A stretch of 64,000 bases of DNA, taken from an uncultured Chloroflexia bacterium. Its GTDB lineage: Bacteria > Chloroflexota > Anaerolineae > CG2-30-64-16. Both the position numbers and the translations under genes were made by a program. Each line of letters begins with the position of its first letter. Position 1 is the first letter of the stretch. This document shows, piece after piece, positions 20,029 to 31,699 of the stretch. The notes beneath the pieces were generated by a model, which was given only the letters and a program-made list of their open reading frames with translations, ran no database searches and had not been told where the DNA came from. The DNA lies in contig CAVZDU010000005.1 of assembly GCA_963774265.1 (NCBI GenBank), positions 384,001 to 448,000 of the forward strand. The letters are read 5' to 3'.

Positions 20029-23000
20029 ATGCCTGACGACCACTACGACCTCGATCTGACTCCCGGCGACATCGGTCGGTTAGAGAACCGTGAGGCGCTG
20101 ATCGCGCTCTTTGCGCGACTGGGCTACAACGTCGACGATGCGGCGAAGACGCCGCACAGCAGCCTGGGCCTGGACGCGGAGGACCTGAAGCACCAGGTGC
20201 ACTCCATCTACCGCCTCGCCGCGGACCCGGAGGATGGCGAGATTGTCATCTACCTCTACGAAGTGCGCTCAGTCACCAAAGCGCTCATCGACGCGGTCAG
20301 CCGGCCGTTCGGCAGCCGGGGCGGCTCACCCCTGCTGGTTCTGACCCACGATTACGAGCAGCTCGATTTCGTCCTGGTGCTGCCCCAGAAACGGACCCCG
20401 GGCCGCGATGGCGTGGTGCGCTATGGCGTTGAAACCCGGAGCATCAAGGTCGACCGGCGAAAGGTGTCGACCGTGCACCTGCGCGTGCTCAAACGGTTTA
20501 CCTTTACCGAGGCCGAAAGCGACCAGCAGTGGGACAAGCTCGTCGCCGCGTTCACCTACGCGGCCACCGCGGGCGAGTTCTTCAACAACCGTGCGCTCTT
20601 CTCCGATTACTACCTGACCCACCGCCTGACCGACCGGCAACTGACCCCCGAATGGCAGGAGGAAGACCAGGCGCGCTACCTCGCGCGAGCGGCCAGCCGG
20701 CTGCTGGTCAACGCGCGGGTCGCGACTGGCCAACCAGCCTCAGTCCGTCATCCGGCGTGAGCTTTTCGAGCCGCTCTTCAAGGATCTACGCCTGAAGCCG
20801 GAGGCACCGCCCAGGAACGCCGCGACGGCCAGGCAGGCTCAGCCCGACTACCTGCTCTTCGACCCCGATGACCGGACCGCCGCGCTGGCGGCCGCGCTCA
20901 TCTATCCCTGGGATCGCAACCTCGACGACGCGGACCGCCAGCGCGACCCCGAGCGGGGGGACGAGATCCCCGGCGCGCGTGTGGTCAGCGTGCTGGCCGA
21001 AGGGGGCGTCAACTGGGCGATCGTCACCAACGGCAAGGCCTGGCGGCTCTATGCGGCCAACGCGGACAACCGCGCGACCAACTACTACGAGATCGACCTG
21101 GAAGAAGCGTTGGCCTCGGTCGACCACCTGACCGCTACCAAATACTGGTGGCTCTTCTTCCGCCGCGAGGCGTTCACCGGGTTTCTCGACCGCATGCTGA
21201 AGGGGTCGGCCGAGTACGCCAAGGGGCTACGCGAGCGCTTGAAGGACCGCGTCTTCGAGGATGTCTTTGCGGCCTTCGCCGAGGGGTTCATCCTGTACGG
21301 CCGCGCGCGGGGCGCCGAACCATCCCTCGATGACGCGTTCGGCGGCACGATGACCTTCCTGTACCGGCTGATGTTCATCCTTTATGCGGAGAGCCTGGGG
21401 CTGCTGCCCGAATATGAAGCGCGCGGCTACGGCGAAAAGAGCATGGGGCGGCTCAAGCATGAAATCGCCCTCGCGGGGGGCGATGTGGAGGATGAAGCGC
21501 CTGCCCGGCTGGCCGCGGCGTATCGCGCCGACAACACGGATCTGTACCGGCGGCTCAGCGAGCTCTTCACCGCGGTCGACCAGGGCGACGCGGGCCTCAA
21601 CCTGCCGCGTTACAACGGCGGCCTGTTCAGCAAGACCACGCCTGCGGGCCAGTTCCTGGCGAGCCACGCCATCCCGGACCGCTACCTGGCGCTCGGTCTC
21701 GACCGGCTGTGCCGCGACCTGGACGACAAGACCCACGCCCTGGTCATGGTCGACTACAAGACGCTGGGCGTGCGCGAGCTCGGCTCGATCTACGAAGGGC
21801 TGCTCGAATTCAAGCTGCGAATCGCGGGGGAGCCGCTCGCGGTCGTGCGCGAGGGCGGCAATGAGGTTTACTTGCCGCTCGAAAAGGCCAAGGGCAAACG
21901 CGTGCGTCGCGGCGAAGGCTATCGGCGACGTCTACCTCGAGAACGATAAGCGGGAGCGCAAGGCCAGCGGCTCGTATTACACGCCCGACTACATCGTCAA
22001 GTACATCGTGGCGCACACCGTGGGCCCGGTGCTCCAACGCAAGTTCGAGGGGTTGCGCCCGCAGCTCGACGACGCACAGCGGAAGTATCGCAATCATAAG
22101 AAGAATGTGCTCGCGAGCGGCAATCTGCAGCCGCCTGAGCTCTTCTGGAAGAATGACGCCATGGCCCGGCTGGCGGACGACTGCCTGGACATCAAGGTGC
22201 TCGATCCGGCCATGGGCAGCGGCCATTTCCTCGTCGAGGCGGTCGATTTCGTCTCCAACCAACTGATCGACTTCCTGAACGGCTGGAGCGAGAACCCGGT
22301 GTGGGGGCTGCTGGCCCGCACGCAGGAGGACATCCTGGCCGACATGGTGCGCCAGGAGGTGACCATCGATCGGCGCAAGCTGACGCGCGTCAACCTGCTC
22401 AAGCGCGCGGTGCTCAAGCGCGGCATCTACGGCGTCGACCTGAACGAGATGGCCGTGGAGCTGGCCAAGCTGTCGCTGTGGCTGGATGCGTTCACGCTGG
22501 GCGCTCCGCTGAGCTTTTTGGATCACCACCTGAAGAACGGCAACAGCCTGATCGGCGTGCGTATCAAAGAGGTGGAGGACGCGCTCGAGGCGGCCGAAGC
22601 CGAGCAGTTGGGGCTGCTGGAGCAGAGCCAATTCGCGGGCGTGATGCTGGCGACCGACCTGATGCGGCAGGTGGGCTATCTCAGCGATAACACGGTGAGT
22701 CAGTTGGAAGAGAGCCGGCGGCAGTATGAGCAGGCCGTCGCCCACCTTGCGCCTTACAAACGCATGTTGGACGTGTACACGTCGCGCTGGTTCGGCAACC
22801 ACCCGAATCTGGGGAAGGCCAAGGCGTTCGACCCGACGATCGCGTTCCTGAAACGTGACGACGCGGTTGACTGGTTGAACGATCCGACGAAAGCCTTCCC
22901 CGAGAGAGACTACATGGACGCGCGGGGCGTGGCAGCGACCGCGCTGGCCGCGGCAAAGGGAAAACGCTTCTTTCATTGGGAGCTGGAGTTCCCGGAGGTG

Positions 23001-25188
23001 TTTTTCGCCGCGAGCACGCCAGGCGGGCAGGACATCGATCTACGCGAGGGCGCGGGGTTCGACGCGGTGGTGGGGAATCCGCCGTATGCAGAGCTTTCGG
23101 AACTCGATGCTGGTCGTTCTTTACCTGAGAAGGATTTTTTTAACTCGTACCCAGGATTCGGATCCGCACAAGAATCCGAAGGCCGACTCAACTGGTATCA
23201 CTACTTCATGGTTCAAGGCCTCAATCTGGCAAGACATGCTGGCCTATGCAGCTTCATTGTACCGATGTCTTGGATGGGGGACAGCTTCACCGTCGGTGTG
23301 CGAAGATGGATGCTCCGCGAGCACACACCGCTTCGCGTTGAAGCCTTTCCTCAGAAGGACGATCCGAGAGATCGAGTCTTTTATGAAGCCAAACTGCCTA
23401 CAAGTATCTTCGTCTCGCAAAAGGGCATCGTGCAGGCAGAGCTGCGGGTTCGAGTGCACCCAGGACGTTTGATTCTTCCGAGTCCACATTATGAAGCTAA
23501 TCTCAGTGCAATCATGGCTTTAAGCCCCAATTCCTGGCTGATCCCTCTCGTTACTCCGGACGAATGGCGAATATTATCCCGGCTTGCTCAGGATTCGAAC
23601 CTTGGTCGCCTTGACGCCCACGGAGCAGTCCCCACATCCGGGGAAATCATCTTTAATGCCGCCACACGTCCGTACATGACCTCCGACAGTCACTATGATC
23701 TGATCTTGAGGGGTAGTCACGTCCAACGCTACGAACTCGTTGAAAAGGCGAAGCAAGGGGTTCCTGAATACTTGAACACGGCCGCATACCTGGCGCAAGC
23801 AGGTACAGACTCTAAGGCTTTTGCTTTCAAACACCCTCGAATCGTGTATCAAGAAGGATCTGCTATCGATGCCTGGCGACGTGTAGTGCCCACATATCTC
23901 CCAGCGGGGGCGATTTGCGGTCACAAAATCTGCTACTTCACCGATTACAAGATAGACATGTTCGCCTTCTTGGCGATTTATGCCAGCAACTTCGTGAATT
24001 GGCTCGTTGAGAAACTGAGCGTAACGAACAGTCTTCCGGCTTACCTCATCGGCAGTCTCCCCTTTCCGATTCTCAACAAGCCGGTGAATGAAGAGCACGA
24101 AGAACTATCACAGGAAAACTTGGCTCGTTTGGCTCACCGAATGCTCGACCTCAACAAACGCCGCGCCGTCGAGACCAAGCGTTTCCTCACCTGGCTCGAA
24201 TCGCGCCTCCACATCAAACTGGACAAGGACGGCGCGACCGGCATCGACTCACTGGCGGGCAAGTCCATCCTCCAGAACTACCTGGGCGATTACCAGAAGG
24301 GCGAGCGGGAGCGGACGTGGGATGAGTTCTACGGCCGCCTCTTTCAGAATCGCCGGCGCTTCGGCGTGGTCCTGGCGGACGTCAGGGGCGAGATCGAAGC
24401 TGAGTACGAGAAGTCGCTGGCGGTGCTGCAGCCGATCAAGCAGCAGCTTGCGGCCACCGACAACCTGATCGACAAGATCGTCTATCGGCTCTACGGCCTG
24501 ACCGAGGAGGAGATCGCGATCATCGAGGGGCCCGCGTTCGAGCAGGCACAGGCCGACGCGAAGGCGGCGGTGGTCGGGGACAAAGAGCTGCAGGCCGACC
24601 CGGACAAGGCCCTTGCAGAGATGGCCGACCGGGTGCGCGCTGGCGGGCGAGCGGGTGGTCAATCAGCTCTCGCTGGCAGAAGAGCGCAGGCTGCTCGATG
24701 CGGCGCTGCCCGGGTGGAACCTCTTTCCCGACGACGTCGCCAAGGCGCTGCTCACGGGCGAATATTCGATCCGCAGCATGCCCGATGGCCTGGACTTCTC
24801 CGGGACGGTTGTGGAGTACGGCAAGGCAGTGGAGGCCGCGATCTATCATCGCATCTTCCTGCGCTTTCGCGCGGAGGCCGGGTGCACCGCGGATGATGTC
24901 CAAAACGAAGAGGTGTTCAAGCCGTTCATGGGGAACCCGGATAAGAAGATCACGCTCGGCAGCTTCACCATGCTGTTCAGTTCCAAGGAGAAGGCGTTGC
25001 ACGCGTTCGTCCGTCGCATCTACCCGCGCGTGGATGAAGTGATCTACGGGAAGGCGGGGGTGCTCAAGCTGTTGAGCGATCAGGCGAATATCGATCTGCG
25101 CAACGCGGCCGCGCACGACAAGGTGCTCGACCGCGAGGCGGCGAAAGCCGTGCGTGCGTGGGCGTTTGCGGTGCTGCGGAATCTGTAG
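20029..25188 (+). CDS. Type IIG/Eco57I-like N6-adenine DNA methyltransferase with TRD and C-terminal HEPN-like domain; split by several frameshifts
   Basis: FLYRLMFILYAE, YNGGLF, LGSIYEGLL, SGSYYTP, motif I VLDPAMGSGHFL, motif IV VVGNPPY; tail DFSGTVVEYGKAVE..RNAAAH; frame breaks near 20720-20840, 21910 and 24640; TATAAT at 19984. Confidence 0.82.
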
Positions 25189-25200
25189 AGGTGCGGACTT

Positions 25201-25232
25201 AGGTGCCCGGCACTTCGAAGTGCCGGGCACCT
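25201..25232. repeat. Perfect 32-bp palindromic REP-like element
   Basis: AGGTGCCCGGCACTTC-GAAGTGCCGGGCACCT. Confidence 0.75.
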
Positions 25233-25256
25233 GGCGGGGCACCTGACCGAAGCGCA

Positions 25257-25307
25257 TTGACACGCCTGGCCGGCAGTGCTACAATGTGACCACATGAAGT
25301 GGTCACA
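25257..25307 (+). promoter_or_regulatory. TA promoter with autoregulatory operator
   Basis: TTGACA-N17-TACAAT; inverted repeat TGTGACCAC-atgaa-GTGGTCACA at 25285-25307. Confidence 0.8.
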
Positions 25308-25324
25308 AAGGGACGAGGTGTATC

Positions 25325-25591
25325 ATGCCGGAGATTGGCATTCGTGAATTGAAGAGCCAGGCATCAGAAATCGTGCGCGCGGTGCGCGAAGGCCGGGTGG
25401 AGTATGTGATCACCCACCGCGGCCGGCCGGTTGCGATGATCGTGCCGTTCGAGGAAGCATCGGAAGAGACAATGCGGTCTCATGAGGCGTTTTGGGACGA
25501 GATGGACGCGTTGGCGGATGAGTTGGCCGCAACATGGGACGCTGAGAAGAGCCCGTTGGAATACTTCTTTGAGCAGAGGCGCCAGTCGTGA
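25325..25591 (+). CDS. Phd/YefM family antitoxin
   Basis: IGIRELK..ASEIVRAV..ITHRGRPVA; acidic C-terminus. Confidence 0.9.
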   Translation: MPEIGIRELKSQASEIVRAVREGRVEYVITHRGRPVAMIVPFEEASEETMRSHEAFWDEMDALADELAATWDAEKSPLEYFFEQRRQS

Positions 25592-26035
25592 TTCCTTCGA
25601 TCATCGTACTCGATCCCAGTGTCCTCGTTGCCTCGGTCAGCCAGATGGAAGATGGGCACCAGAGTGCGAGAGTACTTATGCGCCAACTGGCAGCAAGCCC
25701 GATGCAGATCTTGATGCCAGTGATTGGATTGCCGGAGCTAGCCTCCGGTCTTGGTCGCGGCCGGCGGTCGCAACCTACCGCGTTCAAGTTGCTCTCGCGT
25801 TTCAGGGAAACACCCAACCTGCACTTGCGGCCTGTGCTGGAGTCGCTGGCTGATGTCGCTGCAGAGTTGGCGCTGAGCCACAGAATCAAAGGTTGCGACG
25901 CTATTTACGTGGCATTAGCGCGCGAAATGCAGATTCCACTCATCACGCTCGATCAAGAGCAAGCGAGGCCGCGCGCCTGTGGAGGTTATAGTCCTGACGC
26001 CCGAACAGGCCCTGGCGGAGTGGTTAGCAACGTGA
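25588..26035 (+). CDS. vapC: VapC/PIN-domain toxin (1-nt frameshift near 25968)
   Basis: IVLDPSVLV, E in LPELAS, DAIYVALA, LITLD; shifted frame gives APVEVIVLTPEQALAEWLAT* ending in a GTGA overlap with the next gene. Confidence 0.82.
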
Positions 26036-29000
26036 AGCGCATCCCTTACGTCATCGACAACATCTCGGTCACGCTGGCCGACGTGCTGAACCAGCTTATT
26101 GCGGAGCAGGGCGGCCGGCAGTTAGATATCGCCACGGCCTACTTCAGCGTGCGCGGGTGGGCGCTGCTGCGGGATAATCTGCGGTCGGTGCGCCATTTCC
26201 GCCTGCTGCTGGGCGATCAACCTGCGGCGGGCGACGACATCGGATTGGGACCCGACTCCGCCGCATATCTCCGTCACGAGTTGAACGCGGAGCCGCTGAG
26301 CGAGGCGACGCGGCGGCTGGTGGAGGAGTTGGTGCGCTTCCTGCACCGCGAGAGTGTGGAGGTGCGGCTGTATTTGGGGTATGAGCCCGGGGAAAACGAG
26401 CGGCGGCGTTTCCTGCACGCCAAGTGCTACCTGCTGTACGGCGATACACATGGCCGGACGTCGCTCATCACGCACCTGAACCCCCTGATCGGCATCGTGG
26501 GGTCGAGCAATTTCACCGCGCCCGGCCTCGTTTCCAACCGCGAGCTCAACCTGGTGCACAAGACGCTGCTCGCGCCCGACGAGGTGGAGGACCCGCTGGC
26601 GGCCGCGGCCGTGACTCGCCAGGGCCAGCACCGCGTCGATGGACACGTGCTGCCCGAAAACCGGCAACTGATGAAGAGCGAAGTCGGTGCGCGCGCCATC
26701 CTCGATCTGGTCGAGTGGTACGACGACCAGTGGCGGCTGGCGGAGGATTTCAAGGATCGGCTGATCGAGATGCTGGAGAACTCGAAGTTCGGCGGCCGGG
26801 AGTACACCCCGTACGAGATCTACATGAAGGCGCTCTTCGAGTACTTCCGCGATGACCTGGAAGGCGAGGCGCCGCAGGCCGCGACCCGTTCGGCCGTGGA
26901 GCTGTCGGAGTTTCAGGACGATGCGGTCAAGAAGGCGCGGCGCATCCTGGCGCGCTACGATGGCGTCCTGGTCGCGGACTCGGTGGGGCTGGGCAAGACG
27001 TGGATCGGCAAGAAGCTGCTGGAGGATTTCGCCTATCATCAGCGGCAGAAGGCGCTCGTCATCTGCCCCGCGTCACTGCGTCTCATGTGGGAGCACGAGC
27101 TGCAGTCGGCCACGATCTCGGCAGCCGTTCTCTCGCAGGAAGAGCTCGGCCAGGAGGACTTCGATCTGCGGCGGCTGGCCGACGTGGATGTCGTGCTGGT
27201 CGACGAGGCGCACAACTTCCGAAACCGGCGCACCGCGCGCTATGCAGCCCTTGAGCAGTTGCTGGCCCTCAACGGCCGCCGGGGGCGGAGCGGGGGCCGT
27301 AAGAAGCTGATCCTGCTGACTGCCACGCCGATCAACAACAACATCTTCGACCTCTACAACCAGATCAACCTGTTTGCAGGCAACGACCGGACCTACTTCG
27401 CGAGCGCGGGCATCGGCGATCTGTACAAGTATTTCCTGGCCGCCCGGCGCGATTCGATCGAGCAGGGCAGCGTGCGCATCTTCAACCTGCTCGAAGAAGT
27501 CGTCGTCCGCCGCACGCGCCAGTTCATCCGCAAGGCCTATCCCGAGGCGACCATCGGCGGCAAGCGCATCCACTGGCCCGAGCGGCGGCTGCGCACGGTA
27601 CGCTACGACCTGGAGGCGACTTACGAGGGGCTCTATCGGGAGGTCGTGCCGCGATATCGAGGCGCTGCACCTGCCGCACTACAACCTGGAGTCGTACAAG
27701 GCGGATCAGCAGAAACAGGATGACTTCGAGCTGGGTCGGCAGGAGGCGCTGGTCGGCATCTTCAAGAGCCGGTTCCTAAAGCGACTCGAGTCGAGCATCG
27801 ACGCGTTTCGCATCTCGATCCGTCGCGCGCTGGAGTTCGTCAAGACGTTTGACGAATACGTGCAGGAAGGCGTTATCCTGGACGCCGCCTCGTTCCAGGC
27901 CGCCATGCGGTTGGTCGCTGCAGATGAGGAAGACGCTGATGGCGGCTCGAACGGCCACGTGCCCGGCTCGCAGGCCGAGCGGATCGATGAAGTCGCCGAA
28001 GCGCGGGCCATCATCGAGAGCCTCCCGCGGCTCGACCCCACGAAATACGACCGCCGGCAGCTGCACCGCGACCTGACCAGCGACATCGAGACGCTCGACC
28101 GACATCTGGTACAAGGTCCGCGACATCACCTACGTAGCAAGACGACAAGCTGGCCGCGTTCAAGGCGCTGCTCCAGGCGGAGCTGCGCAGGGCAAGAAAG
28201 TGCTGGTCTTCACCTACTACAAGGACACGGCGCGTTATCTCTATCGCGCGCTGACCGACGGCGGAGAGGCGCGGCTGGCGCGAGGCCGCGGGCGATCCGC
28301 ACGATCCGCCGCATCGACAGCGGCGCCGATCCGACGGGACCGGGTGCGGCTGATCGAGGCGTTCGCGCCACGTGCCAACAACCGGCCGGAGCTCGCGGGC
28401 AGCGACCGGGAGATCGACATCCTGATCTCGACCGACGTGCTCTCCGAAGGCCAGAACCTGCAGGACTGCGGCTACCTGCTCAACTACGACCTGCACTGGA
28501 ACCCGACGCGCATGGTGCAGCGCGCCGGGCCGCATCGATCGCCTCGGGCCCGAATTCGACACGCTCTCGATCTACAACATGTTCCCCGAGGAGGGGCTGG
28601 AGGACCTGCTCGGTCTCGTCGCGCAGCCTGACGGCCAAGATCGACGTGATCAACCAGACCGGCTTCCTCGATGCCAGCGTGCTGGGCGAGGTGGTCACCC
28701 CGCGCGACTTCAACACGCTCCGCCGCATCGCGGAGGAGGACAACACGGTGATCGAGGAGCAGGAATCTTTCCTCGAGCTGGCGAGCAGCGAAGCCATGCT
28801 GGCCGAGTTGCAGCGGGTGCTGGCGACCGAGGCCGCGCGTTGGGTGACCGACCTGGACGATGGGATTCATTCAGGGCTCGCGCCGGGAAGGTGCGCGGGG
28901 TGTCTTCTTCTATTTCAAGGCCCGCCGCGGCAACGGCAGCACATCCCACTTCTGGCGTTACTACGATCTGCGGCGACGAGAGATCATCGACAACCGCTAT

Positions 29001-29465
29001 CAGATCGTGCAACTCATCGCCTGCACGCCGGAGACGCCGCGCCATCCGCCGCCCTACGACGAGGTCGACATCTACGATGTACAGGGCCGCGTGCTTGCCG
29101 ACATCGTAGGTCAGGCCGAGGAGCAGCAAGGCGCCGCGTTGGTGGCCAAGCCGGTGGCGGAGGAGCAGATGACCGCCTCCCACATCTTGCGCGAGCATCT
29201 CAACGATTCGACCTTGGATCGCAACGAGGTGCGAGAGCTCCGCAAGTTCTTGAAAGAACCACTGGTGGGCGCGTCGGTCCAGGAGCTGCGCCGCGCGTTG
29301 AAGGCCTTCACTGCCACGTCAGATGTCCTGCCGCTCGTGACGACCGTGCGTGAGATCGCCAGGGAGCAGAGCGTGATGCGGGAGGAAGCGTCTGCCTATG
29401 GCACGGCAAGGGGCCTGCGTCGCGAGGATTTGCATCTGGTTTGTTACGAGTATATCTGCACGTGA
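26032..29465 (+). CDS. PLD-nuclease-SNF2 helicase fusion, multiply frameshifted
   Basis: FLHAKCY and GSSNFT..NRELN (PLD); ADSVGLGKT, DEAH, LTATP, STDVLSEGQNLQ, NYDLHWNPTRMVQRAG (SF2). Confidence 0.85.
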
Positions 29466-29503
29466 AATTCGGGGAACCCGATGCGCTGTGTCCCCCCGAT
29501 AAA

Positions 29504-29531
29504 GCAGGGGCGACCGGCCGGTCGCCCCTGC
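29504..29531. terminator. Perfect 28-bp palindrome between convergent genes (terminator or REP)
   Basis: GCAGGGGCGACCGG-CCGGTCGCCCCTGC. Confidence 0.65.
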
Positions 29532-29549
29532 TCCATGGGTCCGCCGGCT

Positions 29550-29786
29550 CTACCCACCACCCACCGCCGTAAAGAACTCGACCGTATCCCCGTCCCCGGC
29601 GACGCTCGTCTCAAGGTCGACCGCGCGACGGTTCACTGTTGCGACGGCGATCTCCGCGGCCGGGATGCCCAACTTGCGCACCAACTCGAGCAGGGTGATC
29701 GGCCCCGGCTGGGGCAGCTCCAGCCAGGGCCGTTTCTGGGGATCGTACCAGCTCAGGTGGCCGCCGAGATGGACCCGCATCGTCAC
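29550..29786 (-). CDS. MoaD/ThiS sulfur-carrier protein
   Basis: 78 aa; GDTVEFFTAVGGG C-terminal Gly-Gly; follows AOR. Confidence 0.85.
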   Translation of the reverse strand: MTMRVHLGGHLSWYDPQKRPWLELPQPGPITLLELVRKLGIPAAEIAVATVNRRAVDLETSVAGDGDTVEFFTAVGGG

Positions 29787-29794
29787 TCGCCCCG

Positions 29795-31699
29795 CTACAC
29801 GCCCACCAGGTTAGCGGCCCACTCGAGCTCCAGCTCAGCCAGGCGGCCGCGGGTGGGGACCGTCGTGACCGGGTCCCACCCTTTCCACTGGTACAAGGCC
29901 GTCATGGCCTGCTCGAATTCCTCTCTGGAAATGGCAATGCCCGCCAGCGCGCCGTTTTCCAGTGGCTGGAAGAGGCGCTCGGGCAGCGTGTCATCGCGGC
30001 GGGTGAAGCCCTCGCGCACGTTGAAGAGGCGCGCCAGGTTGGTTGCCCGCTCGCCGATGCGCAAGAGATCCCCGGCGTCGACCTGCCAACCGCTGGCTGC
30101 ACGCACCGCGGTCAAAACATCTTCAACTGGAATGAACGAACGCGGCGTGGGGCCGAAAAAGCAGAGGCCGATGACCTTTTCGAAGCTGGCCCAGTTTTCC
30201 ATCAGCCAGTAGTTGCGAGCCTTCCTGGCGCTGAGCTCCCGGGGCGGCAGCGCCTCGGTGATTCCGAGCGGCTGCGCGCCCTTGAAGCTCAACGAATCGG
30301 GGTTCGCCAGCGCGGGATCGTGCACCGCGGTCAGATGATCGGCGCCTGCTTCGTTGATCGCATAGCCCAACCCCAGCCCCACCTTGCCGCGCGGGTCGTG
30401 CATGGCCAGCTCCTGGCCCTTCACATGCATGGCGAAGAGCGCGGCGCCGCCGCCGATGGTCTCGGCCGCGCGGCGCACGCCCTCGGCCAGCAGGTCGCCG
30501 ATGTGCTCGCGTCGCGCGATCAACTCCACGCACGCGACCATGGCCTCGGCATTCCCGAAGCGCAGATCCAATCCACCCGTTTCCTTTGGGCCGATCAGCC
30601 CGTGCTCGAAACATTCCATGGCGAATGAAATCGCCGAGCTGGCTGAGATCGTATCGATGGTGTAGCGGTTGCAAAGCTCGTTGGCCTTGGCGACCGCCTG
30701 CAGATCGTCGATGCCGCAGTTCGAGCCGAAGCCGGCTACGGTCTCGTATTCCGGGCCGCCGTACGAGTCGCTGACCTGGTATCGGTCGTTTACCTTGACC
30801 TCGCGCTTGCAGCGCACCGCGCAGGCGTAGCAGCTGCGCCGGCCGCTGAGCAGTTCTTTCTCGTACGTCTCCCACCGCAGGCCATCGACGCCTTCGAACG
30901 CACCCTGCCGGAAATTGCGCGTGGGCAGGATGCCGGCCGCGTTGAGGCCCGCGGTGAGGCCCGGCGTGCCGCGCACCTGCAAATCCCAGCTGCTGGGATG
31001 CTCTTTGACCGCCTTCGCGAGGCGCCGGCCCAGGTCGCCGAGGGGCGGCGCTTCGTGGGCTGCGTCGAGGTACTTGCCCGAACCGCGCACTGCGACCGCC
31101 TTTACCTGTTTGGAACCCATTACCGCGCCCAAGCCCGACCGGCCGTTGAAGTGCCGCAGCTCGTTGGTCAAGGCGCCGTAGCGCACCAGGTTTTCCGCGC
31201 CGAGGCCGATCTGCAGCACCCGGGTCAGCTTCTCCTCTGTCTCCTGCCGGATCGTGGTCTGGACCTCTTCGGGGTCATGGCGCCACAGATGCCGGGCATC
31301 CCGAATCTCGACCAGGTCGTCCTTGATCCACAGGTAGACCGGATCGGCCGAGCGGCCGGTCATGACGATCGCTTCCCAGCCCGCCAGCTTCAGCTCGGGG
31401 CCCCAGAAGCCGCCCGCCTCCGATTCGCCGAAACCGCCGGTGAGCGGCGAGCGGGCGACTGCTGAGAAGCGCGTTGCGGTCGAGAATGGGGCGCCGGTCA
31501 GCAGCCCATTGGCCAGGATCAGGATGTTGTCCGGTCCAAGGGGATCCACGCCGGGGTCCAGCTCTCGGAGCAGGATGGCCGCAGCGAGCGCCTTGCCGCC
31601 GGGATAGAGATGATAGAACTCCTCGCTCAGCGACTCCGTCCAGGCCTTGTGGTTTGTCAGATCGACCCGCAGAGTCTTGCCGGAATATCCGTATCTCAT
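29795..31699 (-). CDS. Aldehyde:ferredoxin oxidoreductase family (W/Mo-pterin)
   Basis: RSPLTGG, GRSGLGAVMGSK, CYACAVRC, GPEYET, IDTIS, DDTLPER. Confidence 0.93.
   Translation of the reverse strand: MRYGYSGKTLRVDLTNHKAWTESLSEEFYHLYPGGKALAAAILLRELDPGVDPLGPDNILILANGLLTGAPFSTATRFSAVARSPLTGGFGESEAGGFWGPELKLAGWEAIVMTGRSADPVYLWIKDDLVEIRDARHLWRHDPEEVQTTIRQETEEKLTRVLQIGLGAENLVRYGALTNELRHFNGRSGLGAVMGSKQVKAVAVRGSGKYLDAAHEAPPLGDLGRRLAKAVKEHPSSWDLQVRGTPGLTAGLNAAGILPTRNFRQGAFEGVDGLRWETYEKELLSGRRSCYACAVRCKREVKVNDRYQVSDSYGGPEYETVAGFGSNCGIDDLQAVAKANELCNRYTIDTISASSAISFAMECFEHGLIGPKETGGLDLRFGNAEAMVACVELIARREHIGDLLAEGVRRAAETIGGGAALFAMHVKGQELAMHDPRGKVGLGLGYAINEAGADHLTAVHDPALANPDSLSFKGAQPLGITEALPPRELSARKARNYWLMENWASFEKVIGLCFFGPTPRSFIPVEDVLTAVRAASGWQVDAGDLLRIGERATNLARLFNVREGFTRRDDTLPERLFQPLENGALAGIAISREEFEQAMTALYQWKGWDPVTTVPTRGRLAELELEWAANLVGV

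Noticed and set aside
25588-27723. Apparent PIN-PLD-helicase fusion ORF (711 aa)
   Set aside because: A shifted frame gives a normal PIN C-terminus ending in a GTGA overlap at 26032-26035; the fusion is best explained by one indel near 25968 (not confirmed without reads)
20029-29465. Calling the locus DISARM or BREX
   Set aside because: No DrmA/DrmB, PglZ or BrxC-like genes are visible in the window
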